A DNA stretch of 64,000 nt from Takakia lepidozioides (taxonomy: Eukaryota > Plantae > Bryophyta): assembly GCA_030704615.1 (NCBI GenBank), contig CM060732.1:2604001-2668000 (forward strand), read 5' to 3'. Within the stretch, counting starts at the first letter, position 1, and every line of letters starts with the position of its first letter. The notes beneath the pieces were generated by a model. It worked only from the letters and a program-made list of their open reading frames with translations. It was not told where the DNA came from and searched no databases. A program made the position numbers and the translations under genes. Shown piece by piece: positions 1 to 12,126 of this stretch.

Positions 1-735
1 TAGGATCCTGTAGGGGGGAAATTTAAATGTGCCGTGGAGTGTTTGTTGAGGAATTGCAGCGTTAGCTTGAACTTTTTCCAGCCACCGCGCTGCTCCTCCT
101 CCATCCGGGAGGCTGCTGTCACGTCATTGAGCGTACTCCCTACTCTTTTTCAAGGATGCCGTGCCGCCGAAATCCACCGACTGCCATTATCATGGCCACG
201 ATTATGCTATGTTCAAACCAGAATCAGGAGACATCATTGTCTGGCCTCCTGTTTTCACAGACGCTGCTGGAATCAAGCAAGAGTCTTTGCGCGCAATGGA
301 GTATCTGGAGGGCTATTACCGCTTTGAGCGAGGTGAGGGCGAGGGTCAATGCGGTCCGTGGGTCCTGAAAATTGTTGACCTCGATATACCAAGCTGGAAA
401 GGGATGCCGGACAGATCACGCATGGCCTCGCTTTGGCGCTGGAAACTGCTGCCAGTGGACCAGGGAGGACGGCACCGGGGGAAAACTATATACGTGCAGA
501 TCACTCCGCTCTTCAGTGTTATGGAGACATTCGGCTGAGTTGCGAAGACGAATCGTACGGGCACATGAGGCCCACAGTGACCTTGTCAATGTATGATGGT
601 GGTATCATTGATGGACATGACATTGTCGTCGGCTCCAGCAAGGGCAGCAGAACGACCGAATTGCAGTTTACCTCGAGGTGCCGCAACAGTGATGAGCTTG
701 TTTTGAGGGGTATCGAAGTTCCGTCGACTTGGTGA
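1..735 (+). pseudogene. MULE-A cargo gene Y (unknown protein); 5' end lies outside the window; frameshifted
   Basis: ORFs 161..538 and 433..735 join into ...YHGHDYAMFKPESGDIIVW...LVLRGIEVPSTW, near-identical to the minus-strand copies at 43964..44572 and 53243..53821. Confidence 0.7.
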
Positions 736-989
736 AGCCCATGTAGAAGGAGGAAGGGCTTAGTTTGTCTGCAGTTGGTAAATGTGAGACATCGTGTCCG
801 ATCAATAAACCCATCGTACCTCACTTCTGTATGAATTGTGTTCATTGTGTTGAATAACTGTCGGAATTGGCCACTGTTTACAATTTGATGTCTCATTTCT
901 ACAATGTGTCTGTCCGGATGAATATAGCAGAGTAAACCGGTATGTGAGTCATGTGTCAAGAATATACAGAGTAACGCCATGGTCGGACA

Positions 990-1750
990 TTGAAATGCGG
1001 CACCCGCATTTCCCATGTCGGACATCGAAATGGCGGTGGCAATCATTTTCCGTCCAGGTACACGAAATACCAACCACGGGTCTATAATTGGACAGACAAC
1101 GAGGTTGGCATTGGCAAATGCGGGCGACGCATTTCCAGCTTGGCAATGGAAACTTCTTTTTGGACAAGGGAATGCGTGCCGCATTTCCCGTCCAACACTT
1201 CGAAAAGTGTGACATTTCCCGACCATCCGCGATGGAATGCGTTACCGAGCATTTCCGTGAGAGGGGTCCTGCAAATGGACAAATTGCGATGTCCGTTTCT
1301 GGAAAATGCGGCGCCGCATTTTCCATGTCCGTCATCGACTTTTTTTTTACAATGGAAATGCGGTGCCAATTTTTGCTGATGGGGCCTGCAGTTCGACACA
1401 ACGACCATCCCCAATATGGAAATGCGGCACCGCATTTCAATTTCCGCCATCTCCGACCTCCTTGTTCGACCTCCTTGTTCGACCTCCTTGTTCGACCATC
1501 TGTAAGCGTGGTGGCATCCCCATGCAATGAGCGGGAAGAGGCCAAAACTGGCGTGTGGACAAAAGGAAATTTTGGAAATGCGGCACCCCGCATTTCCAAT
1601 CGGTCCGATTACTTTTTAACTTATGCCAACATTGAAATGGAAAATTTAGTCCCTCCCCTGTTTTGGAAATGCCGTGCCGCATTTCCAAAAAGAGGTTCTT
1701 AGAGTTGCCTAAATATTTTGGAAATGCGTGCCCCCATTTCTGATTTTGGG
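990..1750. repeat. Cluster of A-type palindromes GGAAATGCGG(CG/TG/CA)CCGCATTTCC between gene Y and the 3' end of the ParB-MTase gene
   Basis: About a dozen exact or degenerate copies (e.g. 1301-1324, 1418-1438, 1574-1597); includes a 14-bp tandem (CGACCTCCTTGTT)x3 at about 1454-1497. Confidence 0.9.
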
Positions 1751-1917
1751 AGCGTCGTGGTTTGGAGCGATTGTGTGGCTGGAATGCCACACTGGAGAGG
1801 GGTCAACGAATGTCTGGCAGAATTTTCCTTTATATAACTCCTGGAAGAGAATTTACATTTACAGAGACTTCTTAAAATTCTATTAATCTTGAAAATCATC
1901 CGAATCCTCATCCTGTT

Positions 1918-4747
1918 CTAGACTGTCCTGCTCCGCCTCCACCCCTCAGTGCCTTTCTCATCTCCAGCGGAGGACTGCTCGTTGGCCAGGCTTTCGAAAA
2001 TCCCATCTTCCCCTTGCGGAACTGTCCATCTCACCTTCGTTGGGTCGTCTTCCTCCCTGTCTGCGTCGCTCTCATCCGCTGAATCACATATGTACTTTCG
2101 TACCCGTCTACCTGTCTGAGCTGCTGCCAACTCTTTCCTTATCCTTCTGTCCTCCCTAGCCCTCTCCAAAATCTGCTCTACTTTACTGGGATTCTCACTT
2201 CTTCTAATCGCTGTATTTGCGAGTTTAGCTGCATAACTAGGAAGGGAGTAGTCCCTCACCGGGCTCGTCATGAAAGTCGGCCCTCGCAAAGAACGGGACA
2301 TTCTTCCTGGCAGGAAGTGTAGGCCCTACATGTTTCGACCCGGACCCTGCAATCCTGCACATGACAATCATCAACGAGACTAATGAGAACCACAGTCCGG
2401 AAATTCGTTTGACAAAAATGACCCAGAAGGCTTTGCAAACTTACAATGTTTGCACTCACTCGTATTCCGGGTTCTCCTCCGCATCAATGTCCACTGTGTC
2501 TTCCTCGGACTCCGACGAATCTGAGGAGACTTCCGCTCTGTTGGGAGCCTTAACATTCCGTTGCAGCCCTTCCAGATGGGATCCCCACATGGATGAATCC
2601 TCCTCGTAGGCAAAGAGGTGCCGGTCGGAAAATCGCCCAGCCCACATTGAGGCACTTGTTACAATGCCATCCACACATTACAACATGGCGCTTCAGATGT
2701 TGCGAACTACATCCTAACGAGAATTTGCAGAACAGCATAGATCAAGATTCTGCATACCTGTCCCACAGATGAGGTCGAGCACTGTGCCCTCCACGTCTGT
2801 GCATGTCTCCATAATTGTCTGAATGAAGGCAGGGCTCCGAGTCCGTGAGTACCGTGAGTTCCGCAGGGGTTGAGTGAGGGGTTCCGTTGAAGTGAGGCTA
2901 TGAGGGAGAAGTTCTTGGGAACGTTGTTGAACAGAACGTCGTAATCGAGGGGGTCGCAGTTCGGGTCAACCTTTCCTCCCTCCTTCCGGAAAGCAAAGGT
3001 GGAGTTCTCCTTCACAAAGCAGTACGCATCGAACTGCTTCGTCTGCATACACAGGGGGGAACGATTAGAAACCGAATGCGGCACCGCATTTGAAAACACC
3101 CAAGCAAATGAAATGGACGAGTGCCAGTGTCGTAATCACCTTCTTCCCTTCCGACCGAAGGCCCAATGTGTTGATGCACGTCCACTTCTTTTTCAGAATC
3201 GGGACGGCGCTCTTGCGGGTCCACTTCGCAATTCCTGTCTGAGTGTTTTTTCCTCTGCTCGCCAGGACAACCACACAGCCTCTGTCGTCCAACACCATGC
3301 GGGCAAGCCCGAATCCTTTCTTCCAAAAGTCCTCCGAGTACCTGTTCCAAGATGGCAAAGCTTGCAGTCCTTCCACAGGCTCTCCGTCCGGAATATCCAA
3401 GATGATCATATCGCAAGACCACTCGGTGGCATTTCCGCCCCTCCTACAATCCTTGTCTGCACACACCCTCTCAAAGAACGAGACCATATTCTGAAATCCT
3501 GGGTGTCGGAAGGCTCTTCGGCAGTCGCCTTCTTCAGTGCTCTGCCCTTCAGACCCTCCATGGTCTTCATGTATGCCAGCTTGGCTGCCCGTCCATCCAA
3601 AGCCGCCAAGAAACTCTCATTTACACACTGGACTACTGTTTCGGGAGCCACTTTCGCCTCTTCATTTCCACCGGCTCGAAAGGGTGCCCCCCTGGGGGGT
3701 TGAAGAGTGCCTTATTTGCCGAGCCAGTTCTCGTGCCTCTCGTGACAACGGTGGGCACAGGGGAGGCAGCCTACGTTTGGGGGGGTGGGCTGGTTGCAAA
3801 GTCTCCATCGGAGTCCTCTTCCTGAACAGGCTGTTTCTGCTTCTTCGTTTTGGCGGGTGTCACAACAGCTGCTCCTTGCTGGCGAGTCCTCTTCTTCGAC
3901 CCCTTCTGTTGGGCCTGCACAGCTGCATCCACCGTCTTTTGTGCCATCTCAGCTGCCTTTCTGGATTCTTCCAGAGCAGCAGATTCCTTTGCCGACTTTG
4001 GCCCAGCAGGGACACGTCTTTCCTTTCTCTTCTCTTCTGCCAAGGCGTGCAGATCTTTCTCAGACTCGTCAACAATACCGCCGGACATATCCAGGTACCA
4101 GGGGCATCCAACGAGATGCGTGGGATGCCATTGTTTCTGCATCTCGGGTGTGTAGACACAGCTTGGGCCCGCCACGGTCCAAGCCATGAAGAACGGGGGC
4201 TCTTGAGCCAGGGCCCCTGTCTGAAGGAGCACGTATTTCATATACCTGCAGGGCAGTCAGCATGCGTGAGCATAAGATTGGACGAACCTACTCGCAGAGT
4301 GCCACCGAAAACATAAAATGCGAATGCGGTGCCGCATTTCCGAGACAAACCTCGTAACCAGGCTTCGCATACAAGGGCAGCTGTGCTTCACCTGTAAACA
4401 ATTCGCATTGCAGCTTTCCCCGCTCCCTCCTGATGTGTAAACTCCACGCTCCTTCTTGCTGTCTGTAGCTCTCTGGCGAAAAGGTTGTCCTTGTACGCAC
4501 ATCTGAAACGTGTCACGTAGTCTTCCAATGTCTGTGTTCCATCCCATTTGACGTACAAGCCGAACGAATTTGTGTGCATTACGACTTGCTCCTTCGCATT
4601 CGACATTACCTGCGATTCCCACATGCATTGTCACGTAGCAGTTCAGGGAATTCATTTCAGAAAAGCAAATCTGGGGAAGTACCTTGAATTACCTGGAACC
4701 ACCAAGTCATGCGGTTGAGCCACACATCCACTGCAGGGTCGGAAACT
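1918..4747 (-). pseudogene. MULE-A ParB-MTase cargo gene, 3' half (amino-methyltransferase domain and acidic tail), spliced, frameshifted
   Basis: Exons encode CDMIILDIPDG (motif IV-like), LDDRGCVVV, VLDLICGTG|ASMWAGRFSDRHLFAYEED (motif I/II) and a final exon ...SPVRDYSLPSY...; identity with the copy at about 22830 ends at 4747. Confidence 0.75.
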
Positions 4748-4851
4748 GAAAGGCCAAGACCAGAGTCTCGGAAGTGCCAAGGTATCCAGTTGAGTAGGCA
4801 ATGCTGCTGCTGGGTGGTCCACATAGCAATAACCCCCAACACACATGGTAT

Positions 4852-5790
4852 AATTCATGTTTCCTGACCTTAATGGAATCTTGCAATTCCATTCTTTTTC
4901 CCCACTCCGTTCTCATGGTAGGTAACAGGAATTCCACTGGAAGTAATGCTTCCATACCATAAACTAATTGGAATGGTGTATACTTTGTGGTGACTTTATA
5001 GGAAGTCCTGTATGACCACAAAGCTGTCAGCAGCTTTGTATCCCAATCCGTTCTGTTCGCATTGACTATCTTAGCCAAGATAGTGCATAGTATTTTGTTG
5101 GTAGCCTCTGCCTGCCCATTACCCTGTGGGTAATATGTTGTACTCTTTCTATGTACAATCATGAACTCTTTAGTCAACAACTCAATGGTCTCATTCATGA
5201 AGTGACTTCCCTGATCACTGATAAATTCTAAGGGACAGCCAAATCGTGTAAGTATGTTCTCGTACAGGAACCTTGCTGTGGACTTGGCTGTGTTGTCCCT
5301 CAAAGCTTTAGCTTCCACCCACTTCGTAGTATAATCAGTGGCTGTAATTATGTACCTGCTCCGTGTATTCTTGGCTGGTGGGTTAATTGGTCCAACAAAG
5401 TCTAGTCCCCATTTCTGAAATGGTTCCGTAGGCATTGTAGGATGCAAGGCCATCCTTCCAGATCTCTGCAAAGGTCCTAGCCTCTGACATTCATCACAAC
5501 TCTGACAATACTCGTGTACATCTTTGAACAAAGTAGGCCACCAGTAACCTGCGAGTAGTATCTTCCTACTTGTACTCTCTTCTCCAAAATGACCTCCAGC
5601 CACTCCTTTATGAACTTCCTCCAGAACTTTATTTACTTCATGGTGGTACAAGCATCGTTTTAGTACTCCATCAGGTCCTAGCTTATACATTCTGCTTCCT
5701 ACCATAGTATAAGGTAAAGCTTTGATAGCGATTCTCTTCCTCTGCTCCTTACCATAACTAGGTGGGCACTGACCATGAGCAAGGTAGTAT
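4852..5790 (-). pseudogene. pol: Gypsy integrase (HHCC Zn finger and rve core), C-terminally truncated
   Basis: H-x6-GHF...YWWPTLFKDV..YC.SCDECQ, WGLDFVGP, ISDQGSHF, YPQGNGQAEATNK; ORF 4707..5705 runs into foreign sequence after ...VRKHEL. Confidence 0.93.
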
Positions 5791-5863
5791 CTGATTGGCC
5801 ACTGCCAATCTAACCAGTCATCTCCACTGCAAAGAGACTCGCATCTGGTAATTGATCATCTAT

Positions 5864-7389
5864 TCATGTGGCTGGTTCTCCTGTTGATAACCGTGACAAA
5901 TGATCCGCCACTAGATGCAGTCTCCCAGGCTTGTAAACAACCTCGAACTCAAACTCGTGCAAGATTATCAGCCATCTTGCTATTCTTCCGCTTATCAGAG
6001 GTTTGTTTACCAGGTATATCAGAGCCTGGTGATCCACATAGAACATAAACTTCTTGCCCAACAGGTAATGCCTGAATTTCTTCACTGCATAGATCATTGC
6101 CAATGCTTCTCTTTCCTTTGTGCTATAGTTCCTTTCAGCACTGTTCATCAACCGGCTAGCATAGTACACAGGTGAATCTATATTTCCGGTAACATTCTGG
6201 GCTAACACCGCTCCCAACGCTTCTCCTGATGCATCGCAGTGAACGTGAAATACTACATGCCAGTGAGGGTTAATCAGCACAGGTGTAGTTGTTACTGACA
6301 GTGTAAGTTCCTCAAACGCCTGTTGACATTCAGCTGTCCATGCAAACACTGCATCTTTCTTCAGTAGTTTGCTCAATGGTGCTGCTATTTGTGCATACCT
6401 CTTGACAAATCTTCTGTAATAACTGGTTTGCCCAAGGAATCTCCTTAGACTTTTAACATTCACTGGTGGTGGAGAGGCTTTAATGGCCTCTGTCTTTCTG
6501 GGATCCACAAGGAGTCCCTTCTTACACACAATGTGTCCCAGAAGCACCCCTGAGTTCACACAGAAAGTACACTTCTCTGGATTCAGGCCCAGACCTCTCA
6601 TCCTGCATTTGGCCAAACATAACTCCAATTTATGCAAGTGCTCATTCTTAGAGCTGTACACACTGAAATCATCCAAGAATACCTGCATGAAATCATCCAG
6701 ATACTCATGAAAAGATTACTTATCACTCTCTGAAAGGTCGCTGGTGCATTACAAAGTCCAAAGGGCATGACTTTGTATGCATAAGCCCCCCAGTCTGTGA
6801 TGAAAGCTGTTTTCCCTTGGTCTTCTTCTGCCACTTGCACTTGATTATAACCACTGAAGCCATCCATGAATGAGTACATCTCATGGCCTGCCACAGTGTC
6901 TAATACTGCTTCTGTGAATGGCAAGGGGAAAGGATCTTTCTTCGTACAAGCATTCAGCTTCTTGTAGTTCACACAAACTCTTAGTTTACCATTCTTCTTG
7001 GGAACTATCACAATGGGTGACAACCAAGTTGTATACTCTATTGGGTATATAAACTTAGCCTCAGCCAACTTCTTTATCTCTTCTCCAACCTTCTGTGCGT
7101 AGTTGGGATTCATTCTGTACCTCGCCTGCTTGATTGGTACTGACCCTGGTTCCAGTTCAATCTTATGCTGACAGACTTCAGGTGGTATCCCTTTTAGATC
7201 CTCATAGCTCCAAGCAAATACATCTCTGTATTTGATGAACAAGCTTTTAGCTTCTTCGAAGAATTCCGGCTCCAAATCAGCTCCTACTTTCACCATCCTC
7301 GGTTCCTCTTTAGTTCCCACATTCACTTCCCTCACCTGCTCATCAGCTGTGATTGTCCAACCAGTCACCACTTCATCCTGTAAGCTCAC
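5864..7389 (-). pseudogene. pol: Gypsy reverse transcriptase and RNase H (one frameshift near 6700)
   Basis: WLSPIVIVPKKNGKLRVCVNYKKLN, DGFSGYNQV, MPFGLCNAPATFQR, VFLDDF, HCDASG, NYSTKEREALA, VDHQAL, VADHLSR. Confidence 0.95.
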
Positions 7390-7412
7390 AGTGGCTGGTT
7401 CTTCTAGGATTT

Positions 7413-8102
7413 CTATTTCTCCTTCTCTTTCTTCATAGAAATGTGATGGGTAATGCTGGTTTCCTCTTCAGTTGGTGTTGCTGTCACTACACCACAGCAG
7501 ATACCTCTCAAACAACTTAGGCTTTCCAGCCGCATCTCTGCAACCTGCTCCCACTCTGGGTGTGCAGCAAATCGGGTAGCTTCCTGCTCCTCATCCAGTC
7601 CTCCTTTCCAGTCATACTCTCTGACTCCTCGAGGTCTTCTTGTAGCAGGTAATCTACTAGATTTCTTTGTGGTAATTTGTATCTCGTGTATCCCATTATG
7701 CACGGTTAGTAACTGAGAATTCCAGTCATGGAATACCCTGGCCTGTTTCAGCCACGGACGTCCCAATAATAAGGAGTAAGCCTCCATGACTTCATCCATT
7801 TTCAACACAGTTACTGTGATCATAAAGATCATCTTCTGTATCTGTATCTTAACTCCTCTTATTAATCCCAATGGCTGTACACTTCTTTGATCTGCCATTG
7901 TTACTGTAAATGGGGCTGGTTTCATGTTACTTAGACCAAGCTTCTTCCTTAATTGGTCTGTCATGATATTTACTCCAGAACCTCCATCTATCAGTACATC
8001 AGTTAGTTCTGTGCTTCCAATTCTCAATTGGATTACTGGCATAGAATCATCAAAGTCCATGACTGTTTCTCGCCCTTCCGGCTTCACATTATAACTGGTC
8101 AC
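7413..8102 (-). pseudogene. pol: Gypsy aspartic protease
   Basis: VLIDGGSGVNIM catalytic motif and LLLGRPWL. Confidence 0.92.
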
Positions 8103-8132
8103 CTTGCTGTTCAGGTCTGTGTTTCCTGTCTC

Positions 8133-10553
8133 CTAGGCAATTCGATTGATTGCTTGATACAGCCTGTGCCTACAATAAGGTGCCACTGCTAATAGCTGTC
8201 CAATGGTAATTTCTGCTTTGGTCTGGCATATTACTTCAGCCAAAGTCTCTTCATTACTTTGCATGTCTGCATCTTCTTTCTTCCTTTCTTCCTCACTCCC
8301 TTCTTCTTCTCCATCAAAATCAGAGGAATCTGCCACAGGAATATCAGTACTCTTCTGCATTTCCCTTATAGTATCTGCCACTTCCTTGTGCAGTTCCTTC
8401 TCATCTTTCCAAGTCTCTTCATCTTCCGGCATATCATTGCCACCTTCATTATCATCTTCTTCCTCTACTACTGGAGGTATTAGTTTGGCTTTACTTCTTG
8501 TTACTATCATTGTACTTACTTCTGGTACAACACATGGCCTAACCATGTGAGCTGCCACCACTGGGCCCTCATTCACAGGAGCTCTCATCTCATTCTGGTG
8601 TCTTATCCAGAATGAACAGGCTGCCCTGCGATGTCCTGGCTGATTACAATAGTAACATAGTTCTTCACCATTGGGTCCTCGCCCTTGGTCTGTTCTTGGA
8701 TTATTTCTATAATCCTGATTCCCGGGCTGGTAATTCCCCCTTGGATTACCCTGATAGTTGCCTCTGGAATTTCCTTGGTAATTCCCTCTTGAATTACCTC
8801 TCCCTTCCATGCCATTGTTATAACCACCAGACCTACCATAGTGGTCCTGATCATTGTTTCTTCTTGGCTGGGGCTGCACCTGATGCACCCTTACTTGCCT
8901 AGGTTCTCTTGCAGCTGTCCTCCTGTTGTAGTAACAATTCTCAGTAGAATGGTTATCCATTTTACAGATAGTACAATGCTTCTCCTTCATGTGGCATTCT
9001 GTGGTGGTATGGCCTTCATTCTGGCACTTTGCACACCATACACCCTTCCTCCAATGTGTTACAGCCTCTGTGGCATATTTCTTCAAGATTTCTTCCAATC
9101 TTTTTTCATAGTTATCCCTCTTCAACTTCTCCTTTCTCTTACTCTTCCTTTTAAGTTCTTGCTCTTCTTCTTCATCTGACTCATCCTCAGAGTCCTCATC
9201 ATCTCTTTTCTCTCTCCTGAGCATTCCCAATTGCTCAATTCTGTTTGCAGTTTCAAATGCCTCCTCCACTGTATTATGGGGTAATATATCCACTTTCTTT
9301 TGCAACTCTGGTCTTAGTCCACTCACAAACCAAGTCTTCTGTAAACCGGGTGCTGGTACTGCAGCCAGCTTTTTCATCATCAATTCCATCTTTTCCATAT
9401 ACTCCTCAACAGTTTCATGCTTCTTTTGCTTTAACTGTTGTAAACTTCCATACACTTCATCTTCAGTTTTACTTGTCCTGAACCTATTTCGAAATGCTGT
9501 ACTCAAGCCATTCCAGGTTAGGAAATGATTATCAGGGAATCTTGCATACCATTCACTTGCTTTCTTGGTGAGTGAACAAGGAAACAATCTCATCTTGGCA
9601 TCATCGCCATTCTCATTGTTCACTATACACATGTGCTCAAATTGGCTAATGTGTACATCGGGATCCCCTTTTCCTGAATATATTGGAAAGGGTGGTTTTG
9701 CCCGTGTTGGTTGTAACGCCATCTGTGGCCCTACCTTCTGCCCACTGACAGGTGCTGGCACCCTTACTGGTGCTGGTCCTTCTGGACCTGTTGTTTTTGT
9801 GGTGGATCTTCCACCAAGTGGTGGCCCTTGAGCACTCCCCGCTTCTAGCCCCACGATATTCACAGTATTCCCAGCTTCAGTTGCACTACTTCCCACACTC
9901 CCTGTCCCCCCAGAGCCAGATCCAGGCCGCCCGCCTGATCCTCCTGAGCCGACACCTTCGTTGGCCTGTGATCCAAGTGCTCCACTTGATCCAGGTCCAA
10001 CGGGTTGGGATGTCCTGGTTGTAGTCTCAACCTCAGCTGTTGGGTCTACTTCTTCATATTCTTCCTCTTCCAATTTCTTCTCTCTGTTTTCATCCTCCAA
10101 GTTCTGCCCTTGGGTTTCTTCTTCACTCATGTAACTCAACTGTAATGGTGTTGGAGAGTCTGAACTCTCCGTTGGCTCTGCCACATCCTCTTCTCCTTCT
10201 TCACCTTCTGCTTCAGAAACTGGAGTTCCTGCTTTTGGTGTTCCATGCCAACTCTTATCAAAGATTTCTGTCAAATCTTTTATCCAGGGATGTACCTCAG
10301 ATCTTTCACCTCGTGATTGATCTTCTTCCTGTACCAATTCCCTTAATCTTTCTTGCAAAGAAACAGAAGGAGTGGCATCCAACTCTAGTTCTTCCGGTAT
10401 AGGTGATGTACTCTTTGATCTTAATGGTGTGAGAGGTCCAGATGATTCCCCTATGTCTATTCCTCTCTCCCAAAGATATGGATAATTAGCTTTCAGATAG
10501 CTTTCTCTTTTTGCTGAATATCTCTGGCGTCTAGCTTCTCTTTCATCACTCAT
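8133..10553 (-). CDS. gag: Gypsy Gag with a long acidic N-terminal extension and three CCHC knuckles
   Basis: 806-aa ORF; retrotrans_gag core (YSGKGDPDVHI...LFPCSLTKKASEWY...QKKHETVEEY); CAKCQNEGHTTTEC, CTICKMDNHSTENC, CYYCNQPGHRRAAC. Confidence 0.92.
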   Translation of the reverse strand: MSDEREARRQRYSAKRESYLKANYPYLWERGIDIGESSGPLTPLRSKSTSPIPEELELDATPSVSLQERLRELVQEEDQSRGERSEVHPWIKDLTEIFDKSWHGTPKAGTPVSEAEGEEGEEDVAEPTESSDSPTPLQLSYMSEEETQGQNLEDENREKKLEEEEYEEVDPTAEVETTTRTSQPVGPGSSGALGSQANEGVGSGGSGGRPGSGSGGTGSVGSSATEAGNTVNIVGLEAGSAQGPPLGGRSTTKTTGPEGPAPVRVPAPVSGQKVGPQMALQPTRAKPPFPIYSGKGDPDVHISQFEHMCIVNNENGDDAKMRLFPCSLTKKASEWYARFPDNHFLTWNGLSTAFRNRFRTSKTEDEVYGSLQQLKQKKHETVEEYMEKMELMMKKLAAVPAPGLQKTWFVSGLRPELQKKVDILPHNTVEEAFETANRIEQLGMLRREKRDDEDSEDESDEEEEQELKRKSKRKEKLKRDNYEKRLEEILKKYATEAVTHWRKGVWCAKCQNEGHTTTECHMKEKHCTICKMDNHSTENCYYNRRTAAREPRQVRVHQVQPQPRRNNDQDHYGRSGGYNNGMEGRGNSRGNYQGNSRGNYQGNPRGNYQPGNQDYRNNPRTDQGRGPNGEELCYYCNQPGHRRAACSFWIRHQNEMRAPVNEGPVVAAHMVRPCVVPEVSTMIVTRSKAKLIPPVVEEEDDNEGGNDMPEDEETWKDEKELHKEVADTIREMQKSTDIPVADSSDFDGEEEGSEEERKKEDADMQSNEETLAEVICQTKAEITIGQLLAVAPYCRHRLYQAINRIA

Positions 10554-10574
10554 GTCCCATGTCTTTCATTTCTT

Positions 10575-11140
10575 TTAATGTGGCAATAACCAAAACTCTC
10601 TTCTGTAATATCTCTCGTATATGCCTGGGTTTCTTTCAAGCTTCAATGCACCCTTGGCTATACTTGAAGTCTCCGTTACCATATAACCATATGGCAAACA
10701 AGTCTGAAAAGCTGTTCTTGGTGTGAGTTTGATCCACAAAATATCCTTTGGAATCCAATTCTTTACCAGTACAAGCTCTTCATGCATATGAGTATAAACA
10801 TTCACCTTTCTTTCTTTCCAGCCTTCAAACTCTACTCGCTTAATGGATAGCAATGCTATCACATAAACCAATGTTGGTAACCAACGTGCTCTTCCTCTAC
10901 AGGCTACCTAATAAATCTTTATCACTCCTTTCTCCAGACCCCATTCTAGATCAGCATCATGCACTCGCTTAAGAATATTTTCTTTACAACCGTCTGGCAA
11001 TTCCAAGAACCTTTGAAAGAATTGTTTGGACAATCTTTCTTCCTTCGTTCCACAGGGAATTTGATTCACTTCAAATTCTTTAATGGTCCAACCACCATGA
11101 TCCCACCAGATGCCTGTCACATCTGGTTGTTCATGACTCA
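10575..11140 (-). CDS. Extra ORF between PBS and gag (unknown function); one in-frame stop in this copy
   Basis: ORFs 10908..11270 and 10575..10871 share a frame; the TAG at 10908 is CAG in the second copy (IKIYQVACRG, ORF 45771..46175). Confidence 0.55.
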
Positions 11141-11142
11141 GT

Positions 11143-11160
11143 TCCCCAGTATGGTCGCCA
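11143..11160 (-). promoter_or_regulatory. Primer binding site TGGCGACCATACTGGGGA
   Basis: Starts 2 nt after the LTR end (...GCGACA tt TGG...); resembles the Athila-type PBS TGGCGCCGTTGCCGGGGA. Confidence 0.75.
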
Positions 11161-11162
11161 AA

Positions 11163-12126
11163 TGTCGCACTGCTTTTACTCACCCATCCCTTCGCTATCC
11201 GAGGCGGAAACTCCAAGATAGAAGAGTTGGAAATCTCTAAGTACTCAGCCCGCGCAGAACAATCAGTCATGACCTACAGCTAGTGTATCATGGGGGTGTT
11301 TCCTATTTGTTTCCCTTTTGGCATTCATGTTAGCTACCTTACCATTGATAATTAAGTATCAGTTTGCTTTATCAATCTATTGGATTCCATCGACTCATCC
11401 ATTCATTCCACAGCTTCACTCAGATCTCTCTACACAGTGTGATTGTATCATATAAGTATCCGATTAGGATTTATCAGGTATCAGGCCGAAGCCATTGTGT
11501 CTCTAATCTGCTCTACTATATCACTACCGCTTTGCATATAACAAGCATCTACTAATCATAGTTCCTCCTTCACCGCGCTCTCCATCTTGGCTTCCGATCT
11601 TCCTCTCATGCATGACCCAGAAGTCCTCCCCCCCAAGTGCTTCCCAGAATCCCCCCTTCCCCGTCCTTGCTTCTCCCTTTATCTTCCTACCCGTGGCTCT
11701 AACCGTTTTCCTCACTAACCGTCGTCCGTGAACTAACATGTTCCATTTGCAGGTGTTGTTCCCCACAGTCGTTCCCTGTCCTGCTCTCCGTTCCCTATGG
11801 TCGTGACAGCTGTGTCAAGCTGTGACTGGCTGTGTGAAACTGTGACGGGCTGTGACTGGCTGTGCGACTATGACGGGTTGTGTTGGATGTGTCAGCTGTG
11901 ACGGTCTGTGTTGGCTGTGTCGGCTGTGACGACTGTGACGGGCTGTGTGGGCTGTGTTGGCTGTGTCGGGCTGTGTGGGCTGTGTGGGCTGTGATGGGCT
12001 GTGTAACCCCCCTCTACAGTGCGCTGCTGTCACCCCTAAGGCTCCTGTTGGTCTCAGTCTGTGCAAAAATTAAGGGTACCCTACAGATCCCGTATAAGTG
12101 TCTAAGTCCCAGACATTCCTCTAACA
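11163..12126 (-). repeat. 5' LTR of gypsy family 1 (TGTTAG...GCGACA, about 964 bp) with an internal ACACAGCC/GTCACAGCC minisatellite at about 11805-12005
   Basis: TG..CA ends defined by alignment with the copies at 19544-20502 and 46177-47124; preceded on the minus strand by GTGAT. Confidence 0.88.

Larger units (their letters stand above)
4852..12126 (-). mobile_element. Ty3/gypsy LTR retrotransposon (non-chromovirus, Athila/Tat/Phygy-like), from 5' LTR to truncated integrase
   Basis: Order LTR-PBS-extra ORF-gag-PR-RT-RH-IN; several stops and frameshifts. Confidence 0.95.

Noticed and set aside
949-1790. Many ORFs containing KCGAAFP / EMRRRIS / GNAAPHF (also at 18.4-19.1, 25.5-27.1, 36-38.6, 43.1-43.7, 52.5-53 and 62-63.8 kb)
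   Set aside because: They are translations of the DNA palindromes in all six frames, not proteins
1918-2301. Small acidic ORF as a separate gene (also 17707..18171)
   Set aside because: Splices in frame to the MTase exon (TACGA|gtgagt...tgcag|G), so it is treated as the last exon
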